Shown here piece by piece: positions 26,757-39,714 of a DNA stretch of 64,000 nt. This DNA comes from Octopus sinensis (lineage: Eukaryota). The DNA is taken from NCBI RefSeq assembly GCF_006345805.1, contig NC_042999.1:161200001-161264000 (forward strand), in the 5' to 3' direction. A model generated the notes under the pieces. The model worked only from the letters and a program-made list of their open reading frames with translations. It made no database searches and was not told the origin of the DNA. The first letter of the stretch is position 1. Each line of letters starts with the position of its first letter. Both the position numbers and the translations under genes were made by a program.

Positions 26757-27963
26757 TATGCACGCGCGCGCACACACAACTTATGGTCGCAAGAAATTTT
26801 CTTTAATACACTATGACCTGTAACAATATGGCGGGAGGAAGTTGTCGATTCCCCCTTTTTTTGCCACTCTACAATTTCCGCAAGTGTCAATTATCGATCG
26901 ATTCTTAATGCAGCTGAACGTGTGTGTGTGTGTGTGTATGTGTGTGTGTGTGTGTGTGTGGTGTGTGTGTGTGTGCGTATTTCCAGCGCCGACGTCGTTT
27001 TGACGAGTCTTTCCATGTCTGTTGCCGTCCATTTCTTTAAACGTCTGTCCATCTTTCCGCCTTGGTTCACTTTAAATATATAAAAATAAATGTGTGTATA
27101 TACATACTAATACACACATATGTATTTATTTGTATGCATCAATACATATGTATGCATGTATGCATGTATGTATGTATGTATGTATGTATGTATGTATGAA
27201 TGTATGTATGTATGTAAGTATGCATGTATGTATGTGTGATGTGACGTTGTTTTGTATCCTAGTTGACGCGAGTTCATTTCATTTGCTTTGTCAGTACTGT
27301 GGATTCTCTCGAGAAATCCGTAGCCAACAATATTTCCATTCTGTAATGTGTACAGTTGATGAGTTGAAGAGAAGTGCAACCCGGTTTCAATTCCTTCTTG
27401 GGATCGATTTCTGTATTTGCCTCACTAAATCGTTCGCACTTTCAGTGCCGACAAAACGAATATTCGTTGAATATTTTGGACAGTTTAATCGATTATGTAC
27501 ATGTACTTTAGTCCATAAAAATTATGGTCTTGTTCATCTGTTCGAAATCGTTAAATCAACACTGGATTCGTCCGCAAATTTTGAAGAATTTATGAATAAG
27601 CAGACGACCGAAAATGCTGTGATCCTTGCAACAAAGAAACTAACTTTCCGACTTCCGAGTTCGTCATCGCTGATTGAAGCGAGCTCACCTCTTCCTTGCA
27701 ACGCTACTAAGGCTCGCTTGAGAATTATGTGAACGCCACATCTATGGACCCAACAATAAAAACCTATTTCGCAAAATGTCTACCTGGAAAAGGCAAACAG
27801 GTACCTATCCGAAAGTACCGTAACATTATTTTAAAAAATGTATGGATTTTTTGACACTCACTCACATACACACATACACGCGCTCATACACACTGATACG
27901 TACGCACATGTACAGACACACATATTTCCATGTGTTTACCTCTATAACTACACACGCACACAC

Positions 27964-28042
<79 letters not shown>

Positions 28043-28071
28043 CATATATATATACATATATATATGTATAC

Positions 28072-28126
<55 letters not shown>

Positions 28127-28142
28127 ATATATATATACGTAC

Positions 28143-28173
<31 letters not shown>

Positions 28174-28208
28174 TAGAAAGTTTGGATTTTATTCCCTCAA
28201 ATAATAAT

Positions 28209-28243
<35 letters not shown>

Positions 28244-28283
28244 GTGCTGGTGTAACTCAGGCAACATGTTGTCCTTCTATACG

Positions 28284-28341
<58 letters not shown>

Positions 28342-29150
28342 TATATATACACAATCATATACACAAATACACACACACTCACGCATCAATATAAATTTCA
28401 ATATTTAAACATGCAAAAATATTCACCATTACATTTGTATATTCATAAGGTGAAGTTGAGTATAAAATATACATACATATATACGTAAAACACGTATGTT
28501 TATCTTTATGTATACAATAGGTTTTATGTAAATAACAACTACCAAACACTGTATATGAATACATATGCGTACGATTACACAACACATAGACATACATACA
28601 TACACGTATACATGCTTACATTTATATATATACACACATGTATATATATACATATATAATATATATATTACACACACATATAAATATATATATACATATA
28701 TATTTATACATGTATGCATGTATGTATATTTGTTTGTACATTTACATGTATATATATATATATGCATGTATATTTGTTTTTGTATTTATGAACGTGTGTG
28801 TACGTAAATTTGTATGTATATACGCAGATGATTACTTTTTGGTTTATCTATTTGGCACTATTAATACAAATATTTCTATATTTCTTATTTATTGAAGGTT
28901 ATTTAAAATGTGTGTGTGCATGTGTGTGTGTATGTGCCTGTGTGTTTGTGTATACATTTATAAATATAAATTCTACGGTATGAAAAATAAACTTAACTCC
29001 ATATAATAAAAACTGAAAAAAGAAAACGAATAAAAATTGTCCCAATACCATTTCATTCGTAGTTGTTATTCAATATTTAGCAAAGTATTCACTTAGATAT
29101 ATGTTGAATGGACAGCGAGTTGTTTACTCAGTGGGACTGAGTATATATAT

Positions 29151-29535
29151 GTGAAGGCGCAATGGCCCAGTGGTAAGGGCAGCGGACTCGCGGTCGTAGG
29201 ATCGCGGTTTCGATTCTCAGACCGGGCGTTGTGAGTGTTTATTGAGCGAAAACATCTAAAGCTCCACGAGGCTCCGGCAGGGGATGGTGGTGATCCCTGC
29301 TGTACTCTTTCACCACAACTTTCTCTCACTCTTACTTCCTGTTGTACCTGTATTTCAAAGGGCCGGCCTTGTCACTCTCTGTGTCACGCTGAATATCCCC
29401 GAGAACTACGTTAAGGGTGCACGTGTCTGTGGAGTGCTCAGCCACTTACACGTTAATTTCACGAGCAGGCTGTTCCGTTGATCGGATCAACCGGAACCCT
29501 CATCGTCGTAAACGACGGAGTGCTTCCACCTCCAC
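29151..29535 (+). mobile_element. tRNA-derived SINE, family C (3' type 1)
   Basis: A-box TGGCCCAGTGG, B-box GGTTTCGATTC, body ending CGACGGAGTGCTTCCACC; related pieces at about 5590-5900, 21345-21620 and 50150-50451. Confidence 0.88.
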
Positions 29536-30029
29536 AGTATAACCAACCGTCACTCACGTGTGAATATGGATTGGTAGTATGTACTGTGCTGCTTGGTTTA
29601 GATATCTTTTTATAGCGAGTAGACTGATCAGTCTATCCTTGAATTAGCGGAACGTCAAAAATGTCACAGCTGGAGCAAGGGACGGTTGCAGCAGCCCCCA
29701 GATTGGATCGGAGAAAGTAAGATTAACTGTTTTGCTGAAGGACACAACACGCTACGTGGCCCAGGAATCGAACCTATGATATAATGATCATGAGTCTAGA
29801 TACACTATACCTGAATACGAACAACTAGAAGCCACTCTCCTTTACTATGTATCGAAAATGATATCAGTTACTCGAAAATCCAAGTGCAACAGAAATATCT
29901 TCACACACATTGTTAAATTACTCCACACAATTATTTTTTGAGGGTAAATTACTCAAATATGTAAAAGAAATATCCTTTGATTTTCATCCTAAATTTTGGT
30001 TACAATATTGACTTAAAAATTCGATCAGA

Positions 30030-30291
30030 TTACGTAATGTAACGAGTTTCCTTCGTTAGTTCGCCAGATAGTTTCATAGCATAGCTAGGGGCGCAATGCA
30101 CAGACCCTGATAATAAGGTAAAAACCATTTTTCTTCCCTGTTTTTTTTCTTCTCAAGATGGCCTCGATTACTAATCTTCTAGGTTACCAAGTTTCCGTGA
30201 AAATTGAAGCAATTTCATATTTCGGACAAAATCCTTCAACAATGCGGTTAAGTACTGTCCGTCGGAAGTCAAACGGCAGTGAATAGGTTAA
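30030..30291. mobile_element. Possible piggyBac-like terminus
   Basis: GGCAGTGAATAGG followed by TTAA (30275-30291); partner end not found. Confidence 0.3.
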
Positions 30292-30559
30292 AAGGTTGGA
30301 ACTAGAAGTGTATGATCGGGGTAATCGCAGTAAATGAGTGCAACATGTAGTGTATGAGGGAAGATGGCCGCAGAGAGGGAAGTAATTGTGAGAAGCTGAT
30401 AAGGATGAGTGAGAGAAATGAAAGGTGTGGCTGGTGTGAGAGTTAGTTGGAGAAAATCCAAGCGGTTAGGTATAGAATGATATAATAAATTACAAACAAA
30501 TATATCATGCATACTCATGATGCAAAGAAAGATATGGATGGTCAGGATTGGATAGGCTG

Positions 30560-32030
30560 CGTGGTAAATTTAATGAAGTTGGGAACGAGTTTTCCTACTT
30601 CCAGGAGTCGAAGTTCCCAGATAAAAAAAAAAGTGATCTTGTTTACTAAGTTGGTAAGTCATGTATAGGACGATGGTGTTGGTGAAATCTAAATGCGGAG
30701 AATTGGTGGGAAGATGGCTAAGAAGAAATGAAGCAGTGAGCCACAGGGTTTAGAATACCATGTCATTTCCGAAAGAGATCAGCCACACAATGAGTAGTCT
30801 CACCACAAAATATTACAGCAATGTTTATATAACAGTTAATCAAATTAGCTCAAGTGTAATCAAAGTGGTTGGAAATCTGGACTTGAAATTACTTCGAATT
30901 ATGCTGGAGTGGAATGGAAATTTGTTGCATTGGGTAAAGGATCAGGCGGAGGAACCAGGATTGAGTGTGGTTGGTGATAAAGAAACACTTGACCAAAAGA
31001 TCACGTAAATTTTAATCACGTTTGAAGGACAGGAACTGAGATGCAAATTAGGTATCAGATTGTAGAAGATGAAAACTGTAGAGGATGGTTTTCTGGAGTA
31101 GACTGGAGCAGGTAGCGGGGGGAAGGAGAATAAACTGGTGAGCAATTGTAAGAAAAAAGGATGGTGGAGCAACTGATACCATACAGTCGGTTGAAGGCCG
31201 TGCCTTCCGCAGATTGGGGGACATATTTGAGTGAGGAATAAGTGGCGCATTTGATAAAAGTTATTTTCGAAATCAGTGTCTTTGAAAGTGAGGTGATAGA
31301 GATGGAGAAATTGAGGAAAAGATAAATCCAGTTTGATATCGGAGGGAAGCACTCCGTCGGTTACGACGACGAGGGTTCCGGTTGATCCGAATCAACGGAA
31401 CAGCCTGCTCGTGAAATTAACGTGTAAGTGGCTGAGCACTCCACAGACACGTGCACCCTTAACGTAGTTCTCGGGGATATTCAGCGTGACACAGAGAGTG
31501 ACAAGGCCGGCCCCTTGAAATACAGGTACAACAGAAACAGGAAGTAAGAGTGAGAGAAAGTTGTGGTGAAAGAGTACAGCAGGGATCACCACCATACCCT
31601 GCTGGAGCCTCGTGGAGAGTTTGATATCAGTAGAATGATGAGAGAAGAAAATTTAAAGAAGTTATCGGAGTTACTTGATTTATAAAACATGGATATCTAA
31701 GAAATTGATATAAACAGTTTAAAGTGAGAACGAATTCAATGAGTAAACAGAGCTAGGTTGAAGTGCGGTACAATGCTCGAAAAGATAATTAAGGGCCAAA
31801 CTATCGTGATTATGGGAGATTACAGTGTATAGGGATTTTGTATAAATTGTGTAAAGAGTTTAGAAAGGTGAAAGGCGTCGTTGGTGTTCGTGCACTTGGC
31901 ATGGAAGTGACCTAAGTGAATGTAGCTAGTCAAGGTATCTGGAGGATACGCAAGAGATTCAGTTGCATACGGAAACAATGGAGAAGTCAGGGTTTGGCTT
32001 ATGAAGTTTTGGTAATAGTTTGATGCAGGA
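30560..32030 (-). mobile_element. Heavily decayed Penelope-like element (RT plus GIY-YIG), split by a SINE
   Basis: Residual motifs LLPKLHKP, KSLYTVISH, LIEFVLTLN, FLDIHV, ANLINC, GETT, NPVAHCF and QDHFFFYLGT occur in PLE order. Confidence 0.7.
31341..31617 (-). mobile_element. 5'-truncated SINE family C inserted in the PLE relic
   Basis: 11-bp TSD AGTTTGATATC at 31330-31340 and 31618-31628. Confidence 0.9.
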
Positions 32031-32441
32031 GAAAGAACTCAATCAATATCTATAACGCTGAAATGTGAAAAATTTGTTTGTCTCATTTTGGAATGGGAAC
32101 GGTTTAAGGGCCGGTAGATGGGGTCGGATTGGCTCCAAAATTTACAGAGACATGTAAAAATAGGCGTGGAAGCGACTGGACTAGGTTAGAAACCCCTATC
32201 TCAAAAGCTGGGGTTACTAGGGCAACAAAACCCAAACTTTGACAAGTGTTTCTCGTTTCTCTCTTTCGGATATCACCCTGTCTTCCTCGATCTCTCTATT
32301 TCCTTCCTTCCCTCCAATTTCTCTCTATAACGACGTTTGACACCTTCCACTCTCATTCCCTCTCCGCCTTCGCAGGATAGACAGGTTGCGCTGTTTGAAT
32401 AACGGTGGCTTTTCGTGTTGCTTTAGGGTTTAGAGGCGGTT

Positions 32442-32845
32442 ATCTTTAATCTAATCTATAAAATGAAGGCGAACGTTGATACAAATTGGATTTTTATGTA
32501 AAAAGCGGTTTAAATGGGGCTGGAAGAGGATTAAAATTTACAGGAGGGGTAACTTGAGGTGAGAAATTGATTGGGGGACGTTTTGGGGCGCTACAGTGGT
32601 TGCTTTGTTGTGAAAACGGGGATGTTATTGATTTTGGGGGACACTTGGGGTCTAGACTGGACACCTTTTGCCCGATTTCAATCAAATTTTCAACATTGTA
32701 AAGTGGAAGCAGATTTGTAATTTAAGCGCGGAAAATGGGTTCGAAATTTTGAAAATTAAGGCAAGATTTAAGAAACAGAAAAGAACCAACAGAGAGTAAC
32801 AACCACACCCTCACCCGCACGTAGAGAGGGTCACCTTGAGCTAGT
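32442..32845 (-). mobile_element. Second HINE-like element
   Basis: The minus strand starts ACTAGCTCAAGGTGACCC..GCGGG and contains AAATTTGATTGAAATCGG. Confidence 0.5.
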
Positions 32846-33320
32846 CTTACATCAAAAACCTAAATGCTTGTAACATCCACAGTTGGAGCAACATGCGACA
32901 ATAAAGACATAATTTCGTCAGGTGCTCAAACAGTTATTCCATTAAATACTCTGATATTATTTTTGCACAGATTGATGTGATTTTCAATATGGAACAGATC
33001 CTGTGTGTGTGGATCGACGATCAGACCGGACGTAATGCACAGATAAACACGATAAGCATTCAAACGAAACTTAACACTTTGCATAGTGATTTGTGTCAAG
33101 AGGAAGGTTGAACTTCTGATGCGAAATCTTTTCTAATAATGGCTGGTTAGGAAGGTTGAACAAACGACTCAATTTAGATATTAAAATGAGCGACTATTTC
33201 TAATTAGCCTGCGAACTTGAAGAAAATCATTTACACCCCAAACCCTAAACGGTTTTTCTAGGACTTTTAATTTCCAGTGAAAAAAATCAACATCCAGTTA
33301 AAGCAGTGGTTATCAGCCGA

Positions 33321-33420
33321 GGTCCATATGATCGGGGGGGGTCCATATGATCGGGGGGGGGGGTCCATATGATCGGGGGGGGGGGGGTCCATATGATCGG
33401 GGGGGGGCGGGTCCATATGA
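33321..33420 (+). repeat. Tandem array of five GGTCCATATGA(TC-Gn) units
   Basis: CATATG at 33325, 33344, 33366, 33390 and 33414, separated by long G runs. Confidence 0.95.
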
Positions 33421-33536
33421 GATTTTGTCGTTAAAATTTATGTACAATAAATTTGTTATACTTCTACAATGCACAAAATATTTTAACAATGTTTTAAATA
33501 TAATTTCTAATAATATTTAATTATAAAAATACAATA

Positions 33537-33699
33537 GGCGCAGGAGTGGCTGTGTGGTAAGTAGCTTGCTAACCAACCACATGGTTCCGGGTTCAGTCCC
33601 ACTGCGTGGCATCTTGGGCAAGTGTCTTCTGCTATAGCCCCGGGCCGACCAATGCCTTGTGAGTGGATTTGGTAGACGGAAACTGAAAGAAGCCTGTCG

Positions 33700-33730
<31 letters not shown>

Positions 33731-33940
33731 ATGTTTGTGTGTCTGTGTTTGTCCCCCTAGCATTGCTTGACAACCGATGCTGGTGTGTTTACGTCCCCGT
33801 CACTTAGCGGTTCGGCAAAAGAGACCGATAGAATCAGTACTGGCCTTACAAAGAATAAGTCCTAGGGTCGATTCACTCGACTAAAGGCGGTGCTCCAACA
33901 TGGCCGCAGTCAAATGACTGAAACAAGTAAAAGAGAAAGA
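33537..33940 (+). mobile_element. SINE family A nested in the hAT MITE
   Basis: Full-length copy flanked by AATA on both sides. Confidence 0.9.
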
Positions 33941-35975
33941 GAAATAGGATTTTTTTCAAACATGGGGGCCCAGTACAATAAAACAAGAACCAAAAGGACC
34001 TATGAGCAAAAGATGGTTGAGAATCACTGTTTCGAAGGTTCCACAGTTGTTTGGCACTTCTTGTGAGAGAAAACAGTGATGGTAATATGAAATTAACGCA
34101 ACCCTTATGTGTACCACTCCGAAAACCCAATGGCTCTCAAGTTTAATCTACCAGTGATTTGGGATTCGGATAACAAGAATTGGGTAGCAACGAGCCTTTT
34201 TCAAGTTAGTATCAGTATATTGCATCAAATCACCCGTTAAACTTAAATGTTCTTTCCAATAGTGTGACAGTGGAATATACTTCCACAAGAATAACTTTTT
34301 TGTTCTTGCCAGTGAATGATAGCTTAATTGAAATCATATAATCTGAGAACTTCGAAACAATGCATAAAACTAGTGACTAAGAGGATAAATCTACGGTTAG
34401 AGATATAAAGAAAATATTATAGACATAACTGAGTCAATGGACAAAGTGAAACGCTCAGCTCTGAATGATGTTTGGAAAAACATAAGTACGGACTGAATCC
34501 ATGAAAATTTACACCCAGTTCAGGCAGACTCTGTAATATTCTATGCCTAAAACGTTTGAAGAAGTTGTAAGAGACGTGGTTAATTTGCTAGAATTCTATA
34601 GGGAAAGTTTGTCAAATGAAATGCAAATGATGGAGAACAAGACTGAGGTGCTGGGCATGAAAAGAACACGGAAGCTCTACCCACTTCTATTCAGTTGGCT
34701 GCAAAGAAATGTTGGCACACATACAGGAATTTCTGCAAGACTTTGATTATAGCGATTCTAATCGAAGACCTTATATAAAAATTACAAGAGGATTTCATGA
34801 GTTCAGTTTCTACTCTTGGATGTATAACGAGTTGGTGCCTCATAGGCGCCTAAAGAAGTTTGGACACGTTCCTCATCCCGGGAGCAGTACTGACAATGAT
34901 GATCAACCAAGCTTTTTCTCCCACTAACCCTCACTCAACGCTACCTCAAACACAGCAGTCGACATCATTTGTAATGTGCCAGGTGCAACATTACTTTTTT
35001 CCTATTTATTCCTGAATGTATTTCATTTGAAATGTTTTTAAATCTATGCATACTGAATAGGGTGTTTTAAAAAATATTATTTTCATGACAAAAAATGAAA
35101 AATGTCGAAAATTCCATCGTAACGCATCTCAATTTATGATATAGAAACCAATGATAAACTGCATTTTACGTTACGGAATTCGACGTTACAGTAATATTTT
35201 AGCAACGCAACACTTCTGTAACGTGATGTATGCTGTAATTTTGAATCACAAGAATTTAAAAGCGCTCATCGTATATTTCGTATATCTGTCTGATACATGA
35301 GACATTTATACACGGAAGCTGTAAAGGCTGCTAATAATAGCGACCATTACAATTAATATATGTGAGCAGCTTTGTGCTTATATGTTTATTTGTTTACATG
35401 TATGTATGTGTGTATCTAAATATTTATGTATATATGATGGGTCTGGTGTAGTGTGTGTACGCACACGTGTGCGTATGATGCTTGTTTCATAAAACAAATC
35501 ATACAGACCTCAAATGAGTATATAAACATGTAGATGTTTTTCTCTCCCCATCATTCTCCTTCTTAGTCTATCTCGTTATCTTTTTCTCTCCTCTTCCCCT
35601 CACTGTTTCAGCTACTCTCTCTTTCTCTCTCTCTCTCTATCTCTCTCTCTTTCTCTCTCTCACTCTCTCTTTACCTCACCACCTCTCCGAACACTATCGC
35701 ATAACTTAAAGAGTAACGGTATCAGAAACTAGAAAGATGAACCAGGGCCGCCAGACAATGATTCCCACCAGTCCGCTGACTAACATATCAGGCAATCTGA
35801 CCTCAAACCCCAGATTCGCAACTTCCAGGTGTGAAAACTCAGTAACTCCCAATAGTTTTCATCCTGTCAATCACAGCCAAAACCCTCCTCAGGAGCCTCG
35901 CCAAGGCCCACAAACATATCCTTCATTCAATTACCAGTTCGGTTCTCTTTCACTTACTCCTTCTTCAAACTTCTA

Positions 35976-35977
35976 AA

Positions 35978-36009
<32 letters not shown>

Positions 36010-36520
36010 ACACACACACACACACACGCGCACACACACACACACACATACACACACATGCGCCCCCCACAAACATACACACACACACATACACACACAC
36101 ACACTCACACACACACACGCGCACACACACACACACATACACACACACACGCACGCACAACACACACACACACACACCACACACACACACACACACACAT
36201 ACACACACACGCACACACACGCGCACACACACACACACACATACACACACATGCGCCCCCCACACACATACACACCACACACACACTCACACACACACAC
36301 GCGCACACACACACACACATACACACACACACGCACGCACACACACACACACATATATACACACACACAAACACGCGCACACACACATACACACACACGC
36401 ACACACGCACACACACATACACACACATATACACACACACATACACAGACACACACACATCTACATGTTTGTCTGCGCGAATGCATCTGTACGCGTGCAT
36501 GTGTGTGTGCGCGCGTGTGT
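35976..36520. repeat. Degenerate (CA)n satellite
   Basis: Directly visible; CATGCGCCCCC marker repeated near 36057 and 36250. Confidence 0.95.
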
Positions 36521-36786
36521 ATGTAGTATATGCAATACAGCCATCTTTTCTTTTTTGTTTCGTTTACTTTTTTTTATTGAAGACACCCCAGGAGGATTGG
36601 GGCGTCAAACGAAGACGTCGACGCCAACCTCCACCCAATTCTCTTTTTTTCTTTCACCATTCGTTGTCCCTCCTCCTCCCTCTCAGTTCATCTGCGACTT
36701 ATTCCTGCGCCCTGCTCTCTCTCTCTCCATCACCACTATCACCACTAGCTGCAGCAGTTGCACCATCATTACCACCAGCTACAGTG

Positions 36787-36851
<65 letters not shown>

Positions 36852-38029
36852 ACTACTACTACTACTACTACTACTACTGCTGCTGCTACTACTACTACTA
36901 CTACTACAACAACAACAACTACTACTACTACTACTACTACTACTACACTACTACTACTTCCTGGATGGTGTTTTGTGAAAATTGGAACGAAGTATTTTCG
37001 GTCGTCTTTGTTGTTGTTGTTGTTGTTATTGAATTTTACTGTTTTGGTTGTTGTGGTAAACGCTTTAGCCCTAGGACAGTAAGTGGACATATATGACCGA
37101 AGAAATTCCAGCAGAAGCCATATCACCTTAGTTTATTTTCATCTTCAAGACGGGTGTATTTGGAGTTTCTTGCGTTGACTTGTTGTTGTTGTTGTTGCTG
37201 TTATTAATGTTGTTACTCTTGCGGTTGTTGTTTCCGTCTTTTGTTATTATCGTTGTTATTTCTTTTAAAGTATTTTGTTTCTTACTATTTTGATTATTGT
37301 TTGTTGTCGTTATTATTGCTGTAGTTGACATTGATGTTATTATTGGTGTTGATGTTGTGGTTGTTTTTCTTAATATTGTTGTTGTAAAGACGGCGAGATG
37401 GCAGAATCGTTAGCGAGCTGGGCAAAATGTTTAGCAGCATTTCGTCCGACTTCACGTTCTGAGCTCAAATTCTGCCGGGGTCGACTTTGCCTTTCATCAT
37501 TTTGGAGTCGATAAAATAAGTACCAGATGAGAACTGGGGTCGATGTAATCGACTAAACACTTTCAAGCCTTGTGTCTATAGCAGAAAGTATTACTAAGGG
37601 TGGCAAGCTGGCAGAACAATTAACACACCGGACAAAATGCTTAGCGGCATTTCGTCCGATTTTACATTGTGAGTTCAAATTCCGCCGAGATCCGCTTTGC
37701 CTGTCATCCTTTTGGGGTCGATAAAATAAATACCAGTTGAACACTGGAGTCGACTAACTCGACTAGGTCCCCCTCCCAAACCTGCTGGCCTTGTGCTAAA
37801 ACTTGAAACCAATATTGTTGCTGTTGTTTCTTGCTCCGGGTAGTGCCATCTTAAGGTATGGCTACCCTGGGCAGTTGACCAGAGGCCTCGTGGGGTCTGG
37901 GAATCCAATTCTGATTGATGTATTTTGTGGCTTACTGAAAATAAATAAATATTGTAAGAATTTGGAATGACCGGAAGTAGATGGACAAAGAGAAAGTGCT
38001 TTCTGAGACAGGAGAGTCTTAAGAATAGT

Positions 38030-38920
38030 TGCTATCTGTGTGTACGTGTGGGTGTGTGCGCGTGTGTGTGTGCGGTGGCATCTGTGTGTGTGTGATAGCT
38101 TGTATGTGTATGATAGCGCGTGTGTGGCAGTAACTGAGTGTGTGTGTGTATGCGCGCGTGTGGTGGGGGGCATATGTGTATGATACTGTATGTGTGTGCT
38201 TGGACGTGTGTACGGGTGTGTGTGTGTCCCTGTCACTCTGTCTGCCTGTCTGTTTCTCTGTATGTTATATGTATATATGTGTGTGTATGTATGTTTGCGC
38301 GTGTATGTGTGCATTCTGTGTTGTGTGTGTGGAGGTATATGTGCCTTCTTGTGTGTGTATGTGTGCGTGCATGTATGTGTGTTGTATGTGTGGAGATATA
38401 TGTGCGTTCGTGTGTGTGCCTGTGTGCATGTATGTATGTGTGAGTCTGTGTGTACGTGCATGTGCGTGTAAGTACTTGTGTGTATGTATGTGTGCATATG
38501 GGTGTACGTGTGTGTATGTATGTGTGTGCATATGTGTGCGTGTGTGTGTTTTGTGTGCAGAGGTATATGTGCGTTCGTGTGTGTGTGTGCATGTGTGTGT
38601 GCGTGCGTGTGTGTTTGTATGTACGTCTGTATGTATGTGTGCCTATATGTGCGCGTTGTGTGTATTATATGTGTGGAGATATATGTGCGTTCACGTGTTT
38701 GTGTGTGCGTGTGTTTGTGTGTGTGTATGTGTGTGCATGTGTTCATGTATGTACGTATGTGTATATGTGTGTGCATGTATGTACATGTTGTGTGTGTGTG
38801 TATGTTGTGTATGTGTGTTTGTTGTGTGCGTTGTGTGTGTGTGGAGGTATATGTTTATTAGTGTGTATGTATGTGTTAGTGTGCGTGTGCCTGTGTGCGG
38901 TGTGTGTGTAAGCATGTGAG
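38030..38920. repeat. Cryptic (TG)-rich satellite with recurring GTGGAGRTATATGTGCG units
   Basis: Directly visible. Confidence 0.9.
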
Positions 38921-39714
38921 AGGGAGAGGGATGAGGTGGAGTATGGGTGCGTTGTCTGAAGGGTGTGTGAATGGGTGGGTGAGGCTATGTGAATGGGTGA
39001 GGGTGGTGGTGGTGGTGGTGTGTGTGTGTTGGCGTGTGTCCGTAGACGGAATGGGAACGTGTATATGTGTGTGTGTGTTTATCTTTGTGCGTCATTCTGT
39101 CGCGCGTTCTCTCACTGTATAAATATGTGTGTGTACCTTTCGCTGTGTGTACATACATACACACACACATACATACATACATACATACATACATACATAC
39201 ATAATACATACATACATACATACATACATACATACATACATACGACGGAATTCTTTCGGTTTCCGTCTACCAAACCCACTCACAAGGGTTTGTTCGGCCC
39301 AAGGCTATAGTAGAAGACACTTGCCCAACGCGCCATGCAGTGGAACTGAACTCCAAACTATGTGGTTGGGAAAGAAGTTTTTTTACCAGAAAGCCACGCC
39401 TGCGAAATGCTCTTCTCGTTGCTGCTGACAGCGACTCAATGTCCGCGCATTGCCGAAATGTTGGTTTACGTCAAACGGTCAACAGTTGTTATTACAGTAG
39501 TCTCGGCTGATCCAGCTATTGACCGAATCTCTCGATGAGAAAGAGCAAGAAGACATTTTGTTTCTCTCCGGTGGCGATGGTGAAGACGAAACGCTGTGAG
39601 AAGGAGACAGATGAGAAGTTTGAAGACAAAGCTTTCTTCTTGAGCCAAGACCTCATCAACTTCACGTACCACTTAAGATGGAAAGTCAGAATAAAGTGAG
39701 AAGTGCTACATTCT

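Larger units (their letters stand above)
33304..34029. mobile_element. hAT (Charlie-like) MITE nested in the Tigger relic, itself interrupted by a SINE
   Basis: TIRs CAGTGGTTATCAGCC and GGTTGAGAATCACTG; the 8-bp TSD is not cleanly preserved. Confidence 0.7.
32860..35235 (+). mobile_element. Decayed Tigger/pogo (CENP-B-like) DNA transposon
   Basis: MEQILCVWIDDQ, NGWLGRL, PYVYHSENPMAL..LPVIW, SALNDVWKN and ESLSNE motifs in Tigger1 order; 3' end ATGCTG followed by TA. Confidence 0.75.

Noticed and set aside
29151-29225. tRNA-like heads with A and B boxes
   Set aside because: They are SINE heads without a complete acceptor stem and continue into SINE bodies, so they are not tRNA genes.
33321-33420. 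Regularly spaced short repeats resembling a CRISPR array
   Set aside because: The spacers are only poly-G, the context is eukaryotic, and there are no cas genes.
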